A stretch of 64,000 nucleotides of DNA from an uncultured Verrucomicrobiae bacterium (GTDB lineage: Bacteria; Verrucomicrobiota; Verrucomicrobiia; Limisphaerales; Palsa-1400): positions 256,001 to 320,000 of the forward strand of contig CAVXRD010000004.1 of assembly GCA_963764165.1 (NCBI GenBank), in the 5' to 3' direction. The position numbers were made by a program, and so were the translations under genes. Every line of letters begins with the position of its first letter. Position 1 is the stretch's first letter. Below are positions 28,446 through 38,459 of this stretch, in pieces. Under the pieces are notes generated by a model, which searched no databases, was not told the origin of the DNA, and worked only from the letters and a program-made list of their open reading frames with translations.

Positions 28446-29069
28446 ATGTTGAACACCGAACTCATTCCCGCCAAAGAGGAAATTGAACCGCGGCTGATGA
28501 TTGTGCTGCACGGCTTGGGCGACAGCATGAATGGCTATCGCTGGCTGCCGGAGGCGATGCAGTTGCCGTGGTTGAGCTATTTGCTGGTGAATGCGCCGGA
28601 TGAATATTACGGCGGATTTTCCTGGTACGACATCGACGGCAATTCCGGGCCTGGCGTTGAGCGCAGCCGGAAGCTGCTGGTGCAATTGCTGGAACGCACC
28701 GAGAGCGAAGGGTTCGCGCCGGAAAAGACGGCGCTCTTTGGCTTTTCGCAGGGATGCCTGATGTCGATCGAAGTCGGCTCGCAATACCCGCACAAGCTGG
28801 CCGGAATCGTGGGTGTGAGCGGATACGTTTATGAGCCTAACCGGCTGGCCAAGGCGCTTTCACCCATCGCGGCACAACAGAGGTTTCTCGTCACACACGG
28901 CACACGGGACTCGTTGATTCCGATTGATCGCGTCCGCCCGCAAATGGAAATCCTTCGCGCAGCCGGCCTGAAAATTGATTGGCGTGAATTCGTCAAACAG
29001 CATACTATAGCTGGGGAAGAAGAACTGTCCGTCATACGCCGTTTCGTTAGCGATGGTTTTGGCAAGTAG
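28446..29069 (+). CDS. Phospholipase/carboxylesterase
   Basis: LHGLGD, GFSQG, HGTRD, C-terminal catalytic His. Confidence 0.9.
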   Translation: MLNTELIPAKEEIEPRLMIVLHGLGDSMNGYRWLPEAMQLPWLSYLLVNAPDEYYGGFSWYDIDGNSGPGVERSRKLLVQLLERTESEGFAPEKTALFGFSQGCLMSIEVGSQYPHKLAGIVGVSGYVYEPNRLAKALSPIAAQQRFLVTHGTRDSLIPIDRVRPQMEILRAAGLKIDWREFVKQHTIAGEEELSVIRRFVSDGFGK

Positions 29070-29086
29070 ATCAAGGAGTTGAAAGG

Positions 29087-31663
29087 ATGCACAAGCGATT
29101 ATTGGCAGGTATTCTGTGCCTTATTGCGCCGTTGCTGGCGCGCGGCGTTTCCATTACTGGATTCTCGCCGCCGTTTGGCTCACCCGGCACAATCGTCACC
29201 GTCACTGGATCGGGATTTACCGGGGCCACAATTGTGGAATTCAACACGAATACCCCCAGCCTGGTCGATTTCACCAACGTCTCGGACACGGAATTGCTGT
29301 TAGTCGTCCCGTCGAACGCCGTCAGCGGAACGGTGGCGGTTTACGTGGGCGCCGCTAGCGCTTCCACCTCCTCTAATTTCATCGTGGCTCCGGTGATCAC
29401 CAGCTTTAACCCGCCGAGCGGCGCTTCGCCGACGATGGTTTATATTTTCGGCCAGAACTTCGTGAGCACGAACACGCATGTGCTTTTTTCGGGCGTGGCG
29501 ACTCCGGTTTTAGCCACCTACGTGGCTGCGACGGAAATTGAGGCAGAGGTGCCGGCGGGCGCGACGGACGGGCCTTTGACTGTCTACACGCAAGCCGGGA
29601 CGAATATCACGACCAGTAATTTCCTCGCCAGCACCCTGCCTTCGATCACGTCGGTTTCGCCCAATTTCGCCACGAATGGACAGGGCATCAATATCTTTGG
29701 CGGCAACTTTTTCACTCCGATCACCGTAAAGTTCGGCACTATCACAGCGGGCAGCGCTACGGCAGTTTCGACAACCGAAATTGCGGTGAACGTCCCGACC
29801 GGGGCCAGCAGTCCCGACATCACCATTACGACTCCGGACGGAAGCGTGACATACACGAACTTCACCACGGGAGCAGGGCCGGTTGTTTATGGGTTTTCTC
29901 CAAGCTACGGCGTCAGCAACAATCAAATCAGCATATACGGCGTCGATATGCCATCGGCGACCTCGGTTAGCTTCAATGGGCACTTGGAAAGAATCGTGTC
30001 CTATTCGGGAACGACCAATTTGAACGTTGCGTTGACCAATAATCCCGGCACCGGGCCGATCAAGGTGACGGCGGGGGCGAACAGTTTTACGACGTCCTCG
30101 AACTTCATCAACTCGTCCGCGCCCATTGTTTCGGATTTTTATCCAACGCTGGGTCCTCCCGGTTCCACCGTCACCATTGACGGAATTAATTTTATCAGCG
30201 GAACCGTCGCGAAGTTCGGAACCACTGCTGCGACCAAAACGACTGTAACGGGCTCCACGCAAATTTCCGCGGTGGTCCCATCCATTGGCGTGGGCGGCTA
30301 TGCTTTGACCTTAAGCAGCACCGATGGCACATTCACCACTGGCAGCAATTTTACTGTAACCGGCACGGGGCCGATCATCACGAGCCTCTCGCAAAGCAAC
30401 GGCGTTCGCGGGACGACGCTCACACTCAGCGGCGCTAATTTCACAAACCTGGGGTCTTCGGCCGTGAAATTCAACGGTGTCACTGGCACGTTCGCAGCTC
30501 CAACCTCAACAACAGAGCTCACCGTCACCGTTCCGGAGGGGGCAACAACAGGATATATTACGGTGACCAACGCGAGCGGCGCGGGCGGCGCGAGCCCTTC
30601 GCTGTTTTACCTCCAGCCGTGGATAACTTCGCTGAGCGCCAGCGGCGCGGCGGTGAACGGATCACTGGTCATTTCCGGCCGCAATTTCACTGGTTTGACC
30701 TCCGTTCTCATCAACGGGCTTTCGTATGCTTTCACCAACACGGCAACGCAAATCTTTCTTAATATCCCGTCCAACGCAACTTCCGGCGAGGTGAAAATCG
30801 CGACTCCAGGCGGCTCCTACTTCAGCACAAATGTGGTCGGAATTCTTCCCAACATTTACAGCTTCAGCCCAGCCATTGGCCCCGCCGGAACTATCGTCAC
30901 GTTAATTGGAACAAGCTTTTCGGATGTCACTGAAGTCATGTTCGGGAGCGGCGGAACGACTGATTTCACCGCGACGAGCAATCAAATCAAGGTGGCCGTG
31001 CCGGGCAACGCTGTGAGCGGGCCGATTACCGCCGTTTCACCCTACGGAACCAGCGTCAGCTCCAATAGTTTTACCGCAACCAAAACAAGTTCGGCGCAAT
31101 TGACGAAAACAGTCACTCCTGTCTTAACGACGCCGGGCACCCCGCTGACTTACACGCTTTTCGTCAGCAACGAGGGCCCTTCCATCATCACTTCCACGCT
31201 CGTGACGGATATCCTGCCGACGAACGCAGTCTTCGCGAGCGCATCCACTCCGAACGGCAGCTGGTCTTACACCAACGGCGTGGTCAATTGGAACATCGGG
31301 ATCTTCACGAATGGCAGCGCCGCCACCATGACAATCGTCCTGGATGGATCGGAAACTGGAGCGATCACCAACACCGCCGAACTTTCGTTCGCAGAGAGCG
31401 CGGTGCAGCCGATTGCGGGCGTTGCCTCGGCCACGGCTTACATTATAACGCCTTCAGAGCGCACGCTGTCGATTGCGACCGCAAACGCAACCAACGCACT
31501 CATCACATGGCCGATCTCGTCCGTGCATTTTCTTCTGGAGATCAGCACCAATTTGACGACGTGGAGTTATCCGGCGACTCCGTCTTACGTGACCAACGGC
31601 GTGAACATCTTTACCAACACGTTCACCTCGCCAGAAGTATTCTTCAGGCTGAGATCGCCATAG
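29087..31663 (+). CDS. Surface protein with tandem IPT/TIG repeats, DUF11 domain and ...FFRL C-terminal tail
   Basis: Repeated PxITSFSPxxGxxGTxVTIxGxNF; Thr/Ser-rich; LTYTLFVSNEGPS...VTDILP; ends PEVFFRLRSP. Confidence 0.88.
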   Translation: MHKRLLAGILCLIAPLLARGVSITGFSPPFGSPGTIVTVTGSGFTGATIVEFNTNTPSLVDFTNVSDTELLLVVPSNAVSGTVAVYVGAASASTSSNFIVAPVITSFNPPSGASPTMVYIFGQNFVSTNTHVLFSGVATPVLATYVAATEIEAEVPAGATDGPLTVYTQAGTNITTSNFLASTLPSITSVSPNFATNGQGINIFGGNFFTPITVKFGTITAGSATAVSTTEIAVNVPTGASSPDITITTPDGSVTYTNFTTGAGPVVYGFSPSYGVSNNQISIYGVDMPSATSVSFNGHLERIVSYSGTTNLNVALTNNPGTGPIKVTAGANSFTTSSNFINSSAPIVSDFYPTLGPPGSTVTIDGINFISGTVAKFGTTAATKTTVTGSTQISAVVPSIGVGGYALTLSSTDGTFTTGSNFTVTGTGPIITSLSQSNGVRGTTLTLSGANFTNLGSSAVKFNGVTGTFAAPTSTTELTVTVPEGATTGYITVTNASGAGGASPSLFYLQPWITSLSASGAAVNGSLVISGRNFTGLTSVLINGLSYAFTNTATQIFLNIPSNATSGEVKIATPGGSYFSTNVVGILPNIYSFSPAIGPAGTIVTLIGTSFSDVTEVMFGSGGTTDFTATSNQIKVAVPGNAVSGPITAVSPYGTSVSSNSFTATKTSSAQLTKTVTPVLTTPGTPLTYTLFVSNEGPSIITSTLVTDILPTNAVFASASTPNGSWSYTNGVVNWNIGIFTNGSAATMTIVLDGSETGAITNTAELSFAESAVQPIAGVASATAYIITPSERTLSIATANATNALITWPISSVHFLLEISTNLTTWSYPATPSYVTNGVNIFTNTFTSPEVFFRLRSP

Positions 31664-31741
31664 GACTTCTTGAACTTATAGGACATATAAGAAAGCTCGG
31701 CACGAGCCGCGCCCTGCCGCATTTTGCAAATGGCCACGAAC

Positions 31742-31987
31742 TCACTGCTTCTCGTATTCCCCCTTGCCCAAGCGCTTCAAGACCGTAAACCCAGCCTTCT
31801 TGGCATCGGTGATGGATAATGGCTTAAGCTTGGTGGGCGAGTTGAAAGAGGAAATTATTTTCCGCACAGGCTTGCGGCAGGCCGGGCAGACCTTCAACGG
31901 CGCGGCGCTGACGGGACGGCGCAAAGTGAACTTGCCACCGCACACCACACACCCACCCTCACAAAGTTCGTATTCGTATATCGGCAT
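31742..31987 (-). CDS. FmdB-family zinc ribbon protein
   Basis: MPIYEYELC...CVVC...CPAC...VRKIIS. Confidence 0.88.
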   Translation of the reverse strand: MPIYEYELCEGGCVVCGGKFTLRRPVSAAPLKVCPACRKPVRKIISSFNSPTKLKPLSITDAKKAGFTVLKRLGKGEYEKQ

Positions 31988-32008
31988 ATCTTGCTGGTTC
32001 AGTGTAAA

Positions 32009-34903
32009 TCAAATGTGGCCTTTGCGAAAGTGCCGTAAATAGGCCGACCGCAATGCAGCCCTCGTCTCCTTGAGCGATTTCATAAACTCCGCCACGCTCG
32101 AAAAACCGCATCGCACCGCGACCCGGTATTGCGCGGGCTCATCCAGCGGCAAAACGCGTTCGCCTTGGAAGCTCCAGCGGCAGAGAACGCTTTCAATGCG
32201 GCGCAACTCCGCGTAGCTGTTCCAAATCGCGGTCGCGTCTTCCGCCGGCAAGACGCCCTCCTTCGCCGCCCGCCGCAGCGCGCGCATGGTGTTCGGTTCG
32301 TCCCAGCCATGGGCGAGGCTGGCCGCCCGCGCCAAAATCTCCCCGTCCAGCAATCCGCCCGCGCCCGTGACAATGGCGAGGCGTTCCTGCCCGGGAGGAG
32401 TTTCCTCACGTTCGACCCGCTCGCGCCATTGGCTCAATTCCGCATCGACATTCCGCGATTGAAAAGCTTTCAACACCTCCGCCGCCAACTGCCGAAACCT
32501 CGCGCCGGTTTCCATGTTCCCCGCGATCGGACGCGCCCGGGCGATTGTCAAAACATCATCGAGGCGCAATTCCCGATAACGCGCCTCGCATGATTCCATC
32601 GTATTGACAAGCTTCAGATGAGGCTGGATTGCGACAAGGGGATCCTCATCGCCACGGCCCGAAAATAGTTCGATGAACTCATTGGCCAACAAGTTCAATT
32701 TCGGCAATTCCGCCTCGCCCAGGTCGGTTACAAAGAGAAGCTCAATCGATCTCCCATAACTCACCTCGCGGCCGGCCAGCGCGCGGCATCCCACAATGCA
32801 GAACGGCGCCTGCGTCATTTCGTGTTTGCGTATGACAACCTCCAAGGCGTACTGCACGCAGGCTTCCGTGAGGGAGGACATTTCGAGCACGTTTTCTTCA
32901 ATATCGACATAGCCGAGAATGTCGCGCAAGCCGATGGCCATCGCTTCCGATTGGAAGTGGCTCCGGAGCCACTTTCGCTGATCCGGCTCCCCGGCGCCGC
33001 AATGCAATTCAGCGAGGCTTTCCTCGACACCCCGGAAGTGATGCAGCCTGCCGCTGAGGCCCAATTCATCCAAAATATCCGGCGTTTGAATGGCCTCGCG
33101 GGCGAGATATTCCGACCGGTCGGAAAGCCACAGGAGCAAGTCGAGCAGCAACGGCGTCTGCACCCAAAGTTCGTAAAGGCTCGCGCGCGCCCGGTACGAA
33201 TAAACGAAAAAATCAAGCCGCGCGAGAACGCGGTCTGGATCGGACAAAACGCGGGGCGCTTTTTGCCCGTCTGCTTTCGGGCAGAGCGCGAGAAACCGAA
33301 TCCAAATTTGCCGCGCCCTTTCAGCGGCATCCGGCGGCAGCGGCGCGTATTCCGGCCCAAAGAGAAATGTCCGCAAAATCTCGCACGCTTTCGCCGGTTC
33401 GCGAAAACCGTGCCGCGTCAATAATTTTTGCCATGCGGCAGCCTCTGCGTCGAAGTCCCCATGCGGCAGCGCGGGGGCGCGGCGTTCGCTTTCGACGGGC
33501 AGCGTCTTTTCGAAGATGCGATGAACCGTGTTCGTGTGACTTTGGTGGGCATCCTCGAATTCCAAGACCGTTTCAAAGCCCATCAAACGAGCCAGCCGTT
33601 CGCGCGCCTGCCGCTCGGTCGGGATGACATCGGGGGGCGCAGTGCCTTCCAATTGGAGCCGATGCTGCACCTCGCGCAAAAACGTGATGGCCGCCGCCAT
33701 TTCCTCGCGTTCATGGCGCTTGAGCAGCGGATGGCGCTCCATGCGGGCCAATTGGACCAGTGAGTTCGCCACTTGAAGAGCGGGAAGCCTGCCCGCGTGG
33801 AGCACGCCGAGGGCTTGCAATACAAATTCAAACTCGCGAATTCCACCGCGCCCGATTTTGACATTTCTCTCCTGCTCCCATTCCTTGACCGGCTCGGCTT
33901 CTAATTTCGATTTGACAGCAGCCACCTCGCGAAGCAGCTCGGACGTCATCCAGCGCGGATATCGAAAGCTCTGGATCATTTGCAGAAAGTCCGCGCCCAG
34001 CTCCGCCGAACCCGCGATGGGCCGGGCTTTGGCCAGCGCCATGCGATCCGCCGCCTGGCCCCACTCCGAATAATAATTCTCGTAACTTCCCAGCGAACGC
34101 GCCAGCGTCCCGGATTTTCCTTCCGGGCGGCGTCGCACATCGACCCGGAATAACGTTCCGTCCGGCGTTTGCTTTTCCAATTCGCCGATCAAGTTTTCCG
34201 CCAATCGCGTGAAGAATTGGTGGTTGGTCATGCCCTTGCCAGTTTGCTCGTTGGGGCGTGGAGCGGCGCGAAAGACATTGCCTTCCTCGGCATAGACAAA
34301 CAGCAGTTCAATCTCCGAACTGTAACCCGCTTCCTGCCCGCCAAGATTCCCCAGCGCAATAACGCAAAAATCCGTCTCTTGCCAATTCTCTTCTGAATCG
34401 AGATGCCATGGCTGACCAAATTTCGAGATCCATTCCCGAAGGCAGATTCGCGTCACGGCCTCCACGCAAACGTCCGCAACATTCGAAATCTCGCGCGTGA
34501 TTTCTTCGATGCTGCCAAATCGCGCGAGCGAGCGCGCGGCGTTTTGGATCGTGGAGCGTTGCTTGAATTGGCGCAATGGGTCGAGCGCGGATGGGCCGGC
34601 GTTGCGCAAAAGCGTCCCCCCTTCTTCGCGCAATTCTTCAATTGAGCGCGTCTTGCCGAGCGATTCCTCCGATAGGACCGCTTCAAGCCAATCTGGATGC
34701 GAAGTGAAGATTTCCACCACCGCGGGAAATCCGCTCAGCAAAGCCATTAACGCGCGAGCCTGTTCCTCGGAGAATTTGCGCAAGGCAGCAGCAGCGTCCG
34801 AGGCGCGCAACTGTTCCAGCGCGGCCGAGGCGCGCGGCGGGTCCGCGCATCCCTCCAAAACGCTCCGCGAAAATCCCGTTCGACCTGAAGACTTCTGTCT
34901 CAC
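32009..34903 (-). CDS. glnE: GlnE-like glutamine synthetase adenylyltransferase with degenerate active sites
   Basis: Two-NT-domain layout; FRVDVRRRPEGKSG, YENYYSEWG, KARPIAG, NVKIGRGGIREFEF. Confidence 0.8.
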   Translation of the reverse strand: MRQKSSGRTGFSRSVLEGCADPPRASAALEQLRASDAAAALRKFSEEQARALMALLSGFPAVVEIFTSHPDWLEAVLSEESLGKTRSIEELREEGGTLLRNAGPSALDPLRQFKQRSTIQNAARSLARFGSIEEITREISNVADVCVEAVTRICLREWISKFGQPWHLDSEENWQETDFCVIALGNLGGQEAGYSSEIELLFVYAEEGNVFRAAPRPNEQTGKGMTNHQFFTRLAENLIGELEKQTPDGTLFRVDVRRRPEGKSGTLARSLGSYENYYSEWGQAADRMALAKARPIAGSAELGADFLQMIQSFRYPRWMTSELLREVAAVKSKLEAEPVKEWEQERNVKIGRGGIREFEFVLQALGVLHAGRLPALQVANSLVQLARMERHPLLKRHEREEMAAAITFLREVQHRLQLEGTAPPDVIPTERQARERLARLMGFETVLEFEDAHQSHTNTVHRIFEKTLPVESERRAPALPHGDFDAEAAAWQKLLTRHGFREPAKACEILRTFLFGPEYAPLPPDAAERARQIWIRFLALCPKADGQKAPRVLSDPDRVLARLDFFVYSYRARASLYELWVQTPLLLDLLLWLSDRSEYLAREAIQTPDILDELGLSGRLHHFRGVEESLAELHCGAGEPDQRKWLRSHFQSEAMAIGLRDILGYVDIEENVLEMSSLTEACVQYALEVVIRKHEMTQAPFCIVGCRALAGREVSYGRSIELLFVTDLGEAELPKLNLLANEFIELFSGRGDEDPLVAIQPHLKLVNTMESCEARYRELRLDDVLTIARARPIAGNMETGARFRQLAAEVLKAFQSRNVDAELSQWRERVEREETPPGQERLAIVTGAGGLLDGEILARAASLAHGWDEPNTMRALRRAAKEGVLPAEDATAIWNSYAELRRIESVLCRWSFQGERVLPLDEPAQYRVAVRCGFSSVAEFMKSLKETRAALRSAYLRHFRKGHI

Positions 34904-34969
34904 GCCCGCATACTATCATAAACAGCCCGAATTATTTACTTTTTTCGCAAATTGGTGGACGATGCGCGA

Positions 34970-35725
34970 ATGATTGCCATTCTTGACATCGGCAACACGC
35001 ACACGCACATAGGTTTGGCCAGCGGCAAGCGCGTCGTCCGCCACATCGATGTTCGCACGCGCGACTGGCGCGACGGAGCATCGAAGGCCGCCGCGATCCG
35101 CTTCCTCGGCAAGACACCGCTGGAGGGAGCGATCATTTGCAGCGTGGTTCCCGCCGCCACGCCGCTGGTCAAAAAGTTCCTAAAGCAAATTTATCATCTT
35201 GACAGCATCGAATTAAATTCCACCACGACAATTGGCGTGGGAATCGATTATCCAAAACCGAAAACCATCGGCGCGGACCGGCTGGCGAACGCCATCGCCG
35301 TCAAACATCACTTCGGCGCGCCGTCGGTCGTGGTGGATTTCGGAACCGCCGTCACCTTCGATGTCGTCGACGCCAAAGGCAACTACATCGGCGGCATCAT
35401 TGCGCCGGGTCTTAACGCGATGACCGATTACCTGCACGAAAAAACCGCCCTCCTGCCCCGCATCAAAATCCGCGACGTCACCGCCGTCGTCGGCAAAAAC
35501 ACGAAACAGGCGATGTTGATTGGCGCGGTGAAGGGCTATCGCGGATTGGTGCGGGAATTGTTGGGAGAATTGAAAATCGCGATGAAGTGCGGGCAATTGC
35601 CGGTCGTGGCGACCGGCGGTTACGCAAAATTGATTTCGGCAAAACTGCCGGAAATCACGGCTGTTGACCCGTTATTGACGTTGGAAGGACTAAGGCTGGC
35701 ATGGATCGCAAATGCACGGAAATGA
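34970..35725 (+). CDS. coaX: Type III pantothenate kinase
   Basis: LDIGNTHT, IGADRLAN, VVDFGTAVTFD, GGIIAPG, VATGG, LTLEGL. Confidence 0.96.
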   Translation: MIAILDIGNTHTHIGLASGKRVVRHIDVRTRDWRDGASKAAAIRFLGKTPLEGAIICSVVPAATPLVKKFLKQIYHLDSIELNSTTTIGVGIDYPKPKTIGADRLANAIAVKHHFGAPSVVVDFGTAVTFDVVDAKGNYIGGIIAPGLNAMTDYLHEKTALLPRIKIRDVTAVVGKNTKQAMLIGAVKGYRGLVRELLGELKIAMKCGQLPVVATGGYAKLISAKLPEITAVDPLLTLEGLRLAWIANARK

Positions 35726-35991
35726 GATTATACCGCAAAGGAAAATGTCGTTGGGAGGCGCCCTCTGGAGCGCCACGATGGGTCGCTTTCTCGATTGGTT
35801 CGGCCTCAATACGGAGGAAAAACGCCTCCGCAAAAGCTTTAAAGGTCCCATTCTGTGGCCGTAGGGCCGCGGGCACACTTGATACCTTTCGTCGGCAAAA
35901 AGGAGTTAACAACCATTAACGCACCCATTCCCCCTGCCAGCGCCTCTTGGGGATTGACGGCGGCGCGGACTAGTCTGATATAGTTTTTCCG

Positions 35992-36294
35992 ATGCCAAAA
36001 ATTGACATGTCGGTGCCGCATAGCCTCACGCAGGAAGAAGCGAAAAAGCGCATTTCCCATTTAATCGAAGATTCCAAGACACGTTTTGCTGGCAAAGTGA
36101 ACAACGTCTCAGAATCATGGAGCGGCTATGTTGACTCGTTCAGTTTTGAGGCGATGGGTTTTTCCGTGAGCGGAAAATTAGATGTGCAACCGGCGCAGGT
36201 GCGCATCCTCATCGAGCTTCCGTGGGCGGCTGCGATGCTCAAGGGCCGCATCGAATCGGAGATTCGAAACCAGGCGCAGCAGTTGCTGGGATGA
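35992..36294 (+). CDS. Polyhydroxyalkanoic acid system (PHA_gran_rgn-like) protein
   Basis: VPHSLTQEEAKKRI...SFEAMGFSVSGKLDV...LPWAAAMLKGRIE. Confidence 0.75.
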   Translation: MPKIDMSVPHSLTQEEAKKRISHLIEDSKTRFAGKVNNVSESWSGYVDSFSFEAMGFSVSGKLDVQPAQVRILIELPWAAAMLKGRIESEIRNQAQQLLG

Positions 36295-36300
36295 CGCGCG

Positions 36301-37608
36301 TTACTTCCCGGATTTTGCGCGAAAGCGGATTTCCGCCGACCAACCGTGGGCATTGAGCCCTTCCATTTCCGCAAATTTCTTGACGGCCTTCAAAGCCTTC
36401 CTGAGCGCGGGCTTTTTGTATTCGACAACGCTCGTTCTCCTCTGGAATTGGTCGACCGTAAGGCCGGCGAATGACGCTCCCGTCCCCCCCGCAGGCAAAA
36501 CGTGGCTGGGTCCGGCCACATAATCGCCCAGCACTGTCGGCGATTCGCCACCGACAAAGATCGCTCCAGCCGTCAATAATTTTCCCACGATGTGGCCCGC
36601 GCCCTTGCACATGACTTCCAAATGTTCCGGCGCAAGTTGATTCGTCAACTCGATCCCCTGCTCCAGCGACTCCACATGCACCAGCCAGCCATTGTTTTTC
36701 AACGCGCGCTCGATAAGCTCGCGCCGAGAACGTTTGGGCAATTGGCGCGAAATTTCCTTTTGCACACCGCGAATTATTTTATCCGAGGTGGTCAGCAGCC
36801 AAACCCGTTCGTGTCCCGACCCATGTTCGGCTTGGGCGAGAAGATCCGCCGCGACGCAAGCTGCATCCGCCGTTTCATCCGCGAGAACCAGCAATTCGCT
36901 CGGCCCCGGCAGCAAATCCATTGCCGCGTAGCCAAATAACAACCGTTTCGCGGCAACGACATACGCGTTCCCCGGTCCATAAATCTTATTTACTTTCCCA
37001 ATCGTGCTAGTGCCAAACGCCAGTGCCGCAATTGCCTGCGCTCCGCCTATGCGATAAATTTCCGTCGCCCCTGCCACCCGAGCGGCATAAAGCAGCGCGG
37101 GATTCACCTGCCCCTGGCGATCGCACGGCGTGCAAACAACGATGTCCTTGCATCCGGCGGCGCGTGCAAGCGGGATGGTCATTAACGCAGTGGAAACCAA
37201 AGGGGCCGCGCCGCCAGGAATATAAATTCCCACGCGCAAAAATGGATCAAACTTTTCGCCGACTTGCGCGCCGTGGCTGTTGGTCATCGACCAGTTTTTC
37301 CGGCGCGAACGTTTGGCGAAGGCCGCCACATTTTTCTCCGTTTCGGAAATGGCCGCGCGCAGCGATTCATCGGCTTGCAGCGAAGCGGCCACAAGTTCCG
37401 CCTGCGTGACGGGAAATTGATCAGGCTCCAGCCGGATGCCGTTGAAGCGCTCGGTGAGTTCCGTCAGTGCCTCGTCCCCACGCGCCCGCACCGCCTCCAC
37501 GATGGCGGCGGTTTGTTGTTCAATGGTTGGATCGAACAGGCTGGACGGCGCAAGCATCCGGCGCAACTGTTCCGCGAATTTGCTATCGCGGTGCGAAATG
37601 ACATTCAT
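36301..37608 (-). CDS. hisD: Histidinol dehydrogenase
   Basis: VGIYIPGG, GGAQAIAALAFGT, GPGNAYV, GPSE, DLLAQAEH, APEHLE, GDYVAGPSHVLP. Confidence 0.97.
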   Translation of the reverse strand: MNVISHRDSKFAEQLRRMLAPSSLFDPTIEQQTAAIVEAVRARGDEALTELTERFNGIRLEPDQFPVTQAELVAASLQADESLRAAISETEKNVAAFAKRSRRKNWSMTNSHGAQVGEKFDPFLRVGIYIPGGAAPLVSTALMTIPLARAAGCKDIVVCTPCDRQGQVNPALLYAARVAGATEIYRIGGAQAIAALAFGTSTIGKVNKIYGPGNAYVVAAKRLLFGYAAMDLLPGPSELLVLADETADAACVAADLLAQAEHGSGHERVWLLTTSDKIIRGVQKEISRQLPKRSRRELIERALKNNGWLVHVESLEQGIELTNQLAPEHLEVMCKGAGHIVGKLLTAGAIFVGGESPTVLGDYVAGPSHVLPAGGTGASFAGLTVDQFQRRTSVVEYKKPALRKALKAVKKFAEMEGLNAHGWSAEIRFRAKSGK

Positions 37609-37667
37609 TCGAGGATGAAACTACTGCGACGGAGAAAAATTATCTAGCGCGGTATTTGTGGCCATCT

Positions 37668-38026
37668 GAGGCAGGGACGCCTCGTGGTGTGATTGAAAGT
37701 GGGTGATGAACGCAGGCCGACAGGCGGAGCGCGGATGTGTCGAAGACCAGCCGCAGCAGCACTCAAACAACCGAGAACGAATCTTGTTGCGGCCGTCTCC
37801 GAAAGACATACCAAAACTTCGGAACTGTGACTGGCGAGCCGTGGAAGCCATTCCAACGCGCCACTTGTTTCGGCGCGGCTGCGGCTGGTCTTCGACACAG
37901 CCGCCCTCCGTTCAAAGCGAAATCGGCGGCAATCTCATTTTCGCCTCGCCCGTTTTTAATCGCACCCGGACGCCTCGGCCCGCCTTCGCTAAAGCTTCGG
38001 CGCGGTAAACGAGGCGTCCCTGCCTC
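37668..38026. repeat. Nested REP-like cluster
   Basis: Outer pair GAGGCAGGGACGCCTCG / CGAGGCGTCCCTGCCTC; inner inverted pair TGTGTCGAAGACCAGCCGCAGC (37723-37757, 37878-37910), also present at 43628-43663. Confidence 0.75.
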
Positions 38027-38039
38027 CGCTCGGTTGCAT

Positions 38040-38459
38040 TCAACGATTAGTCGGAATTGGACTCCAAACGTCCCTGATCAAATGTGTTTCGCTCGGCAGC
38101 ACCATCGCATATTGGACACTCGGATGCGTCCACACATTCCACTCCAGATTCTCGTCGCCCTGGCGAACCGCATACGTGGAAATATTAGACGACACAGCCG
38201 CGCTCAAAACAAAGGTGGCAAAAGAAGCCGCGTTGGAGCCTTGCGGAACGCTAACGGAATATCGGCTGGCGGTGTGAACCGCAACAAGCATGGTCAGTCC
38301 GCAGGCCGCCACGGGGGAAAACCAATTCCACGCCGTCAGCCGGCGCAGCGGCGCAGACACATTTGCCGCCTGCCCAAATAGCCGGTTGGCGATTTTAGGC
38401 GACGGGCGACGCGGCGTCCACGATTGCAATTGATTCTCCACTGGGTTCATCTCGTCCAT
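38040..38459 (-). CDS. Putative membrane anti-sigma factor
   Basis: Directly downstream of and overlapping an ECF sigma gene; ENQLQSWTPRRPS then a TM segment. Confidence 0.65.
   Translation of the reverse strand: MDEMNPVENQLQSWTPRRPSPKIANRLFGQAANVSAPLRRLTAWNWFSPVAACGLTMLVAVHTASRYSVSVPQGSNAASFATFVLSAAVSSNISTYAVRQGDENLEWNVWTHPSVQYAMVLPSETHLIRDVWSPIPTNR

Noticed and set aside
35726..35991. Intergenic region after coaX with small hairpins, possible ncRNA or riboswitch
   Set aside because: No riboswitch or ncRNA consensus recognised; it would need an Rfam search.
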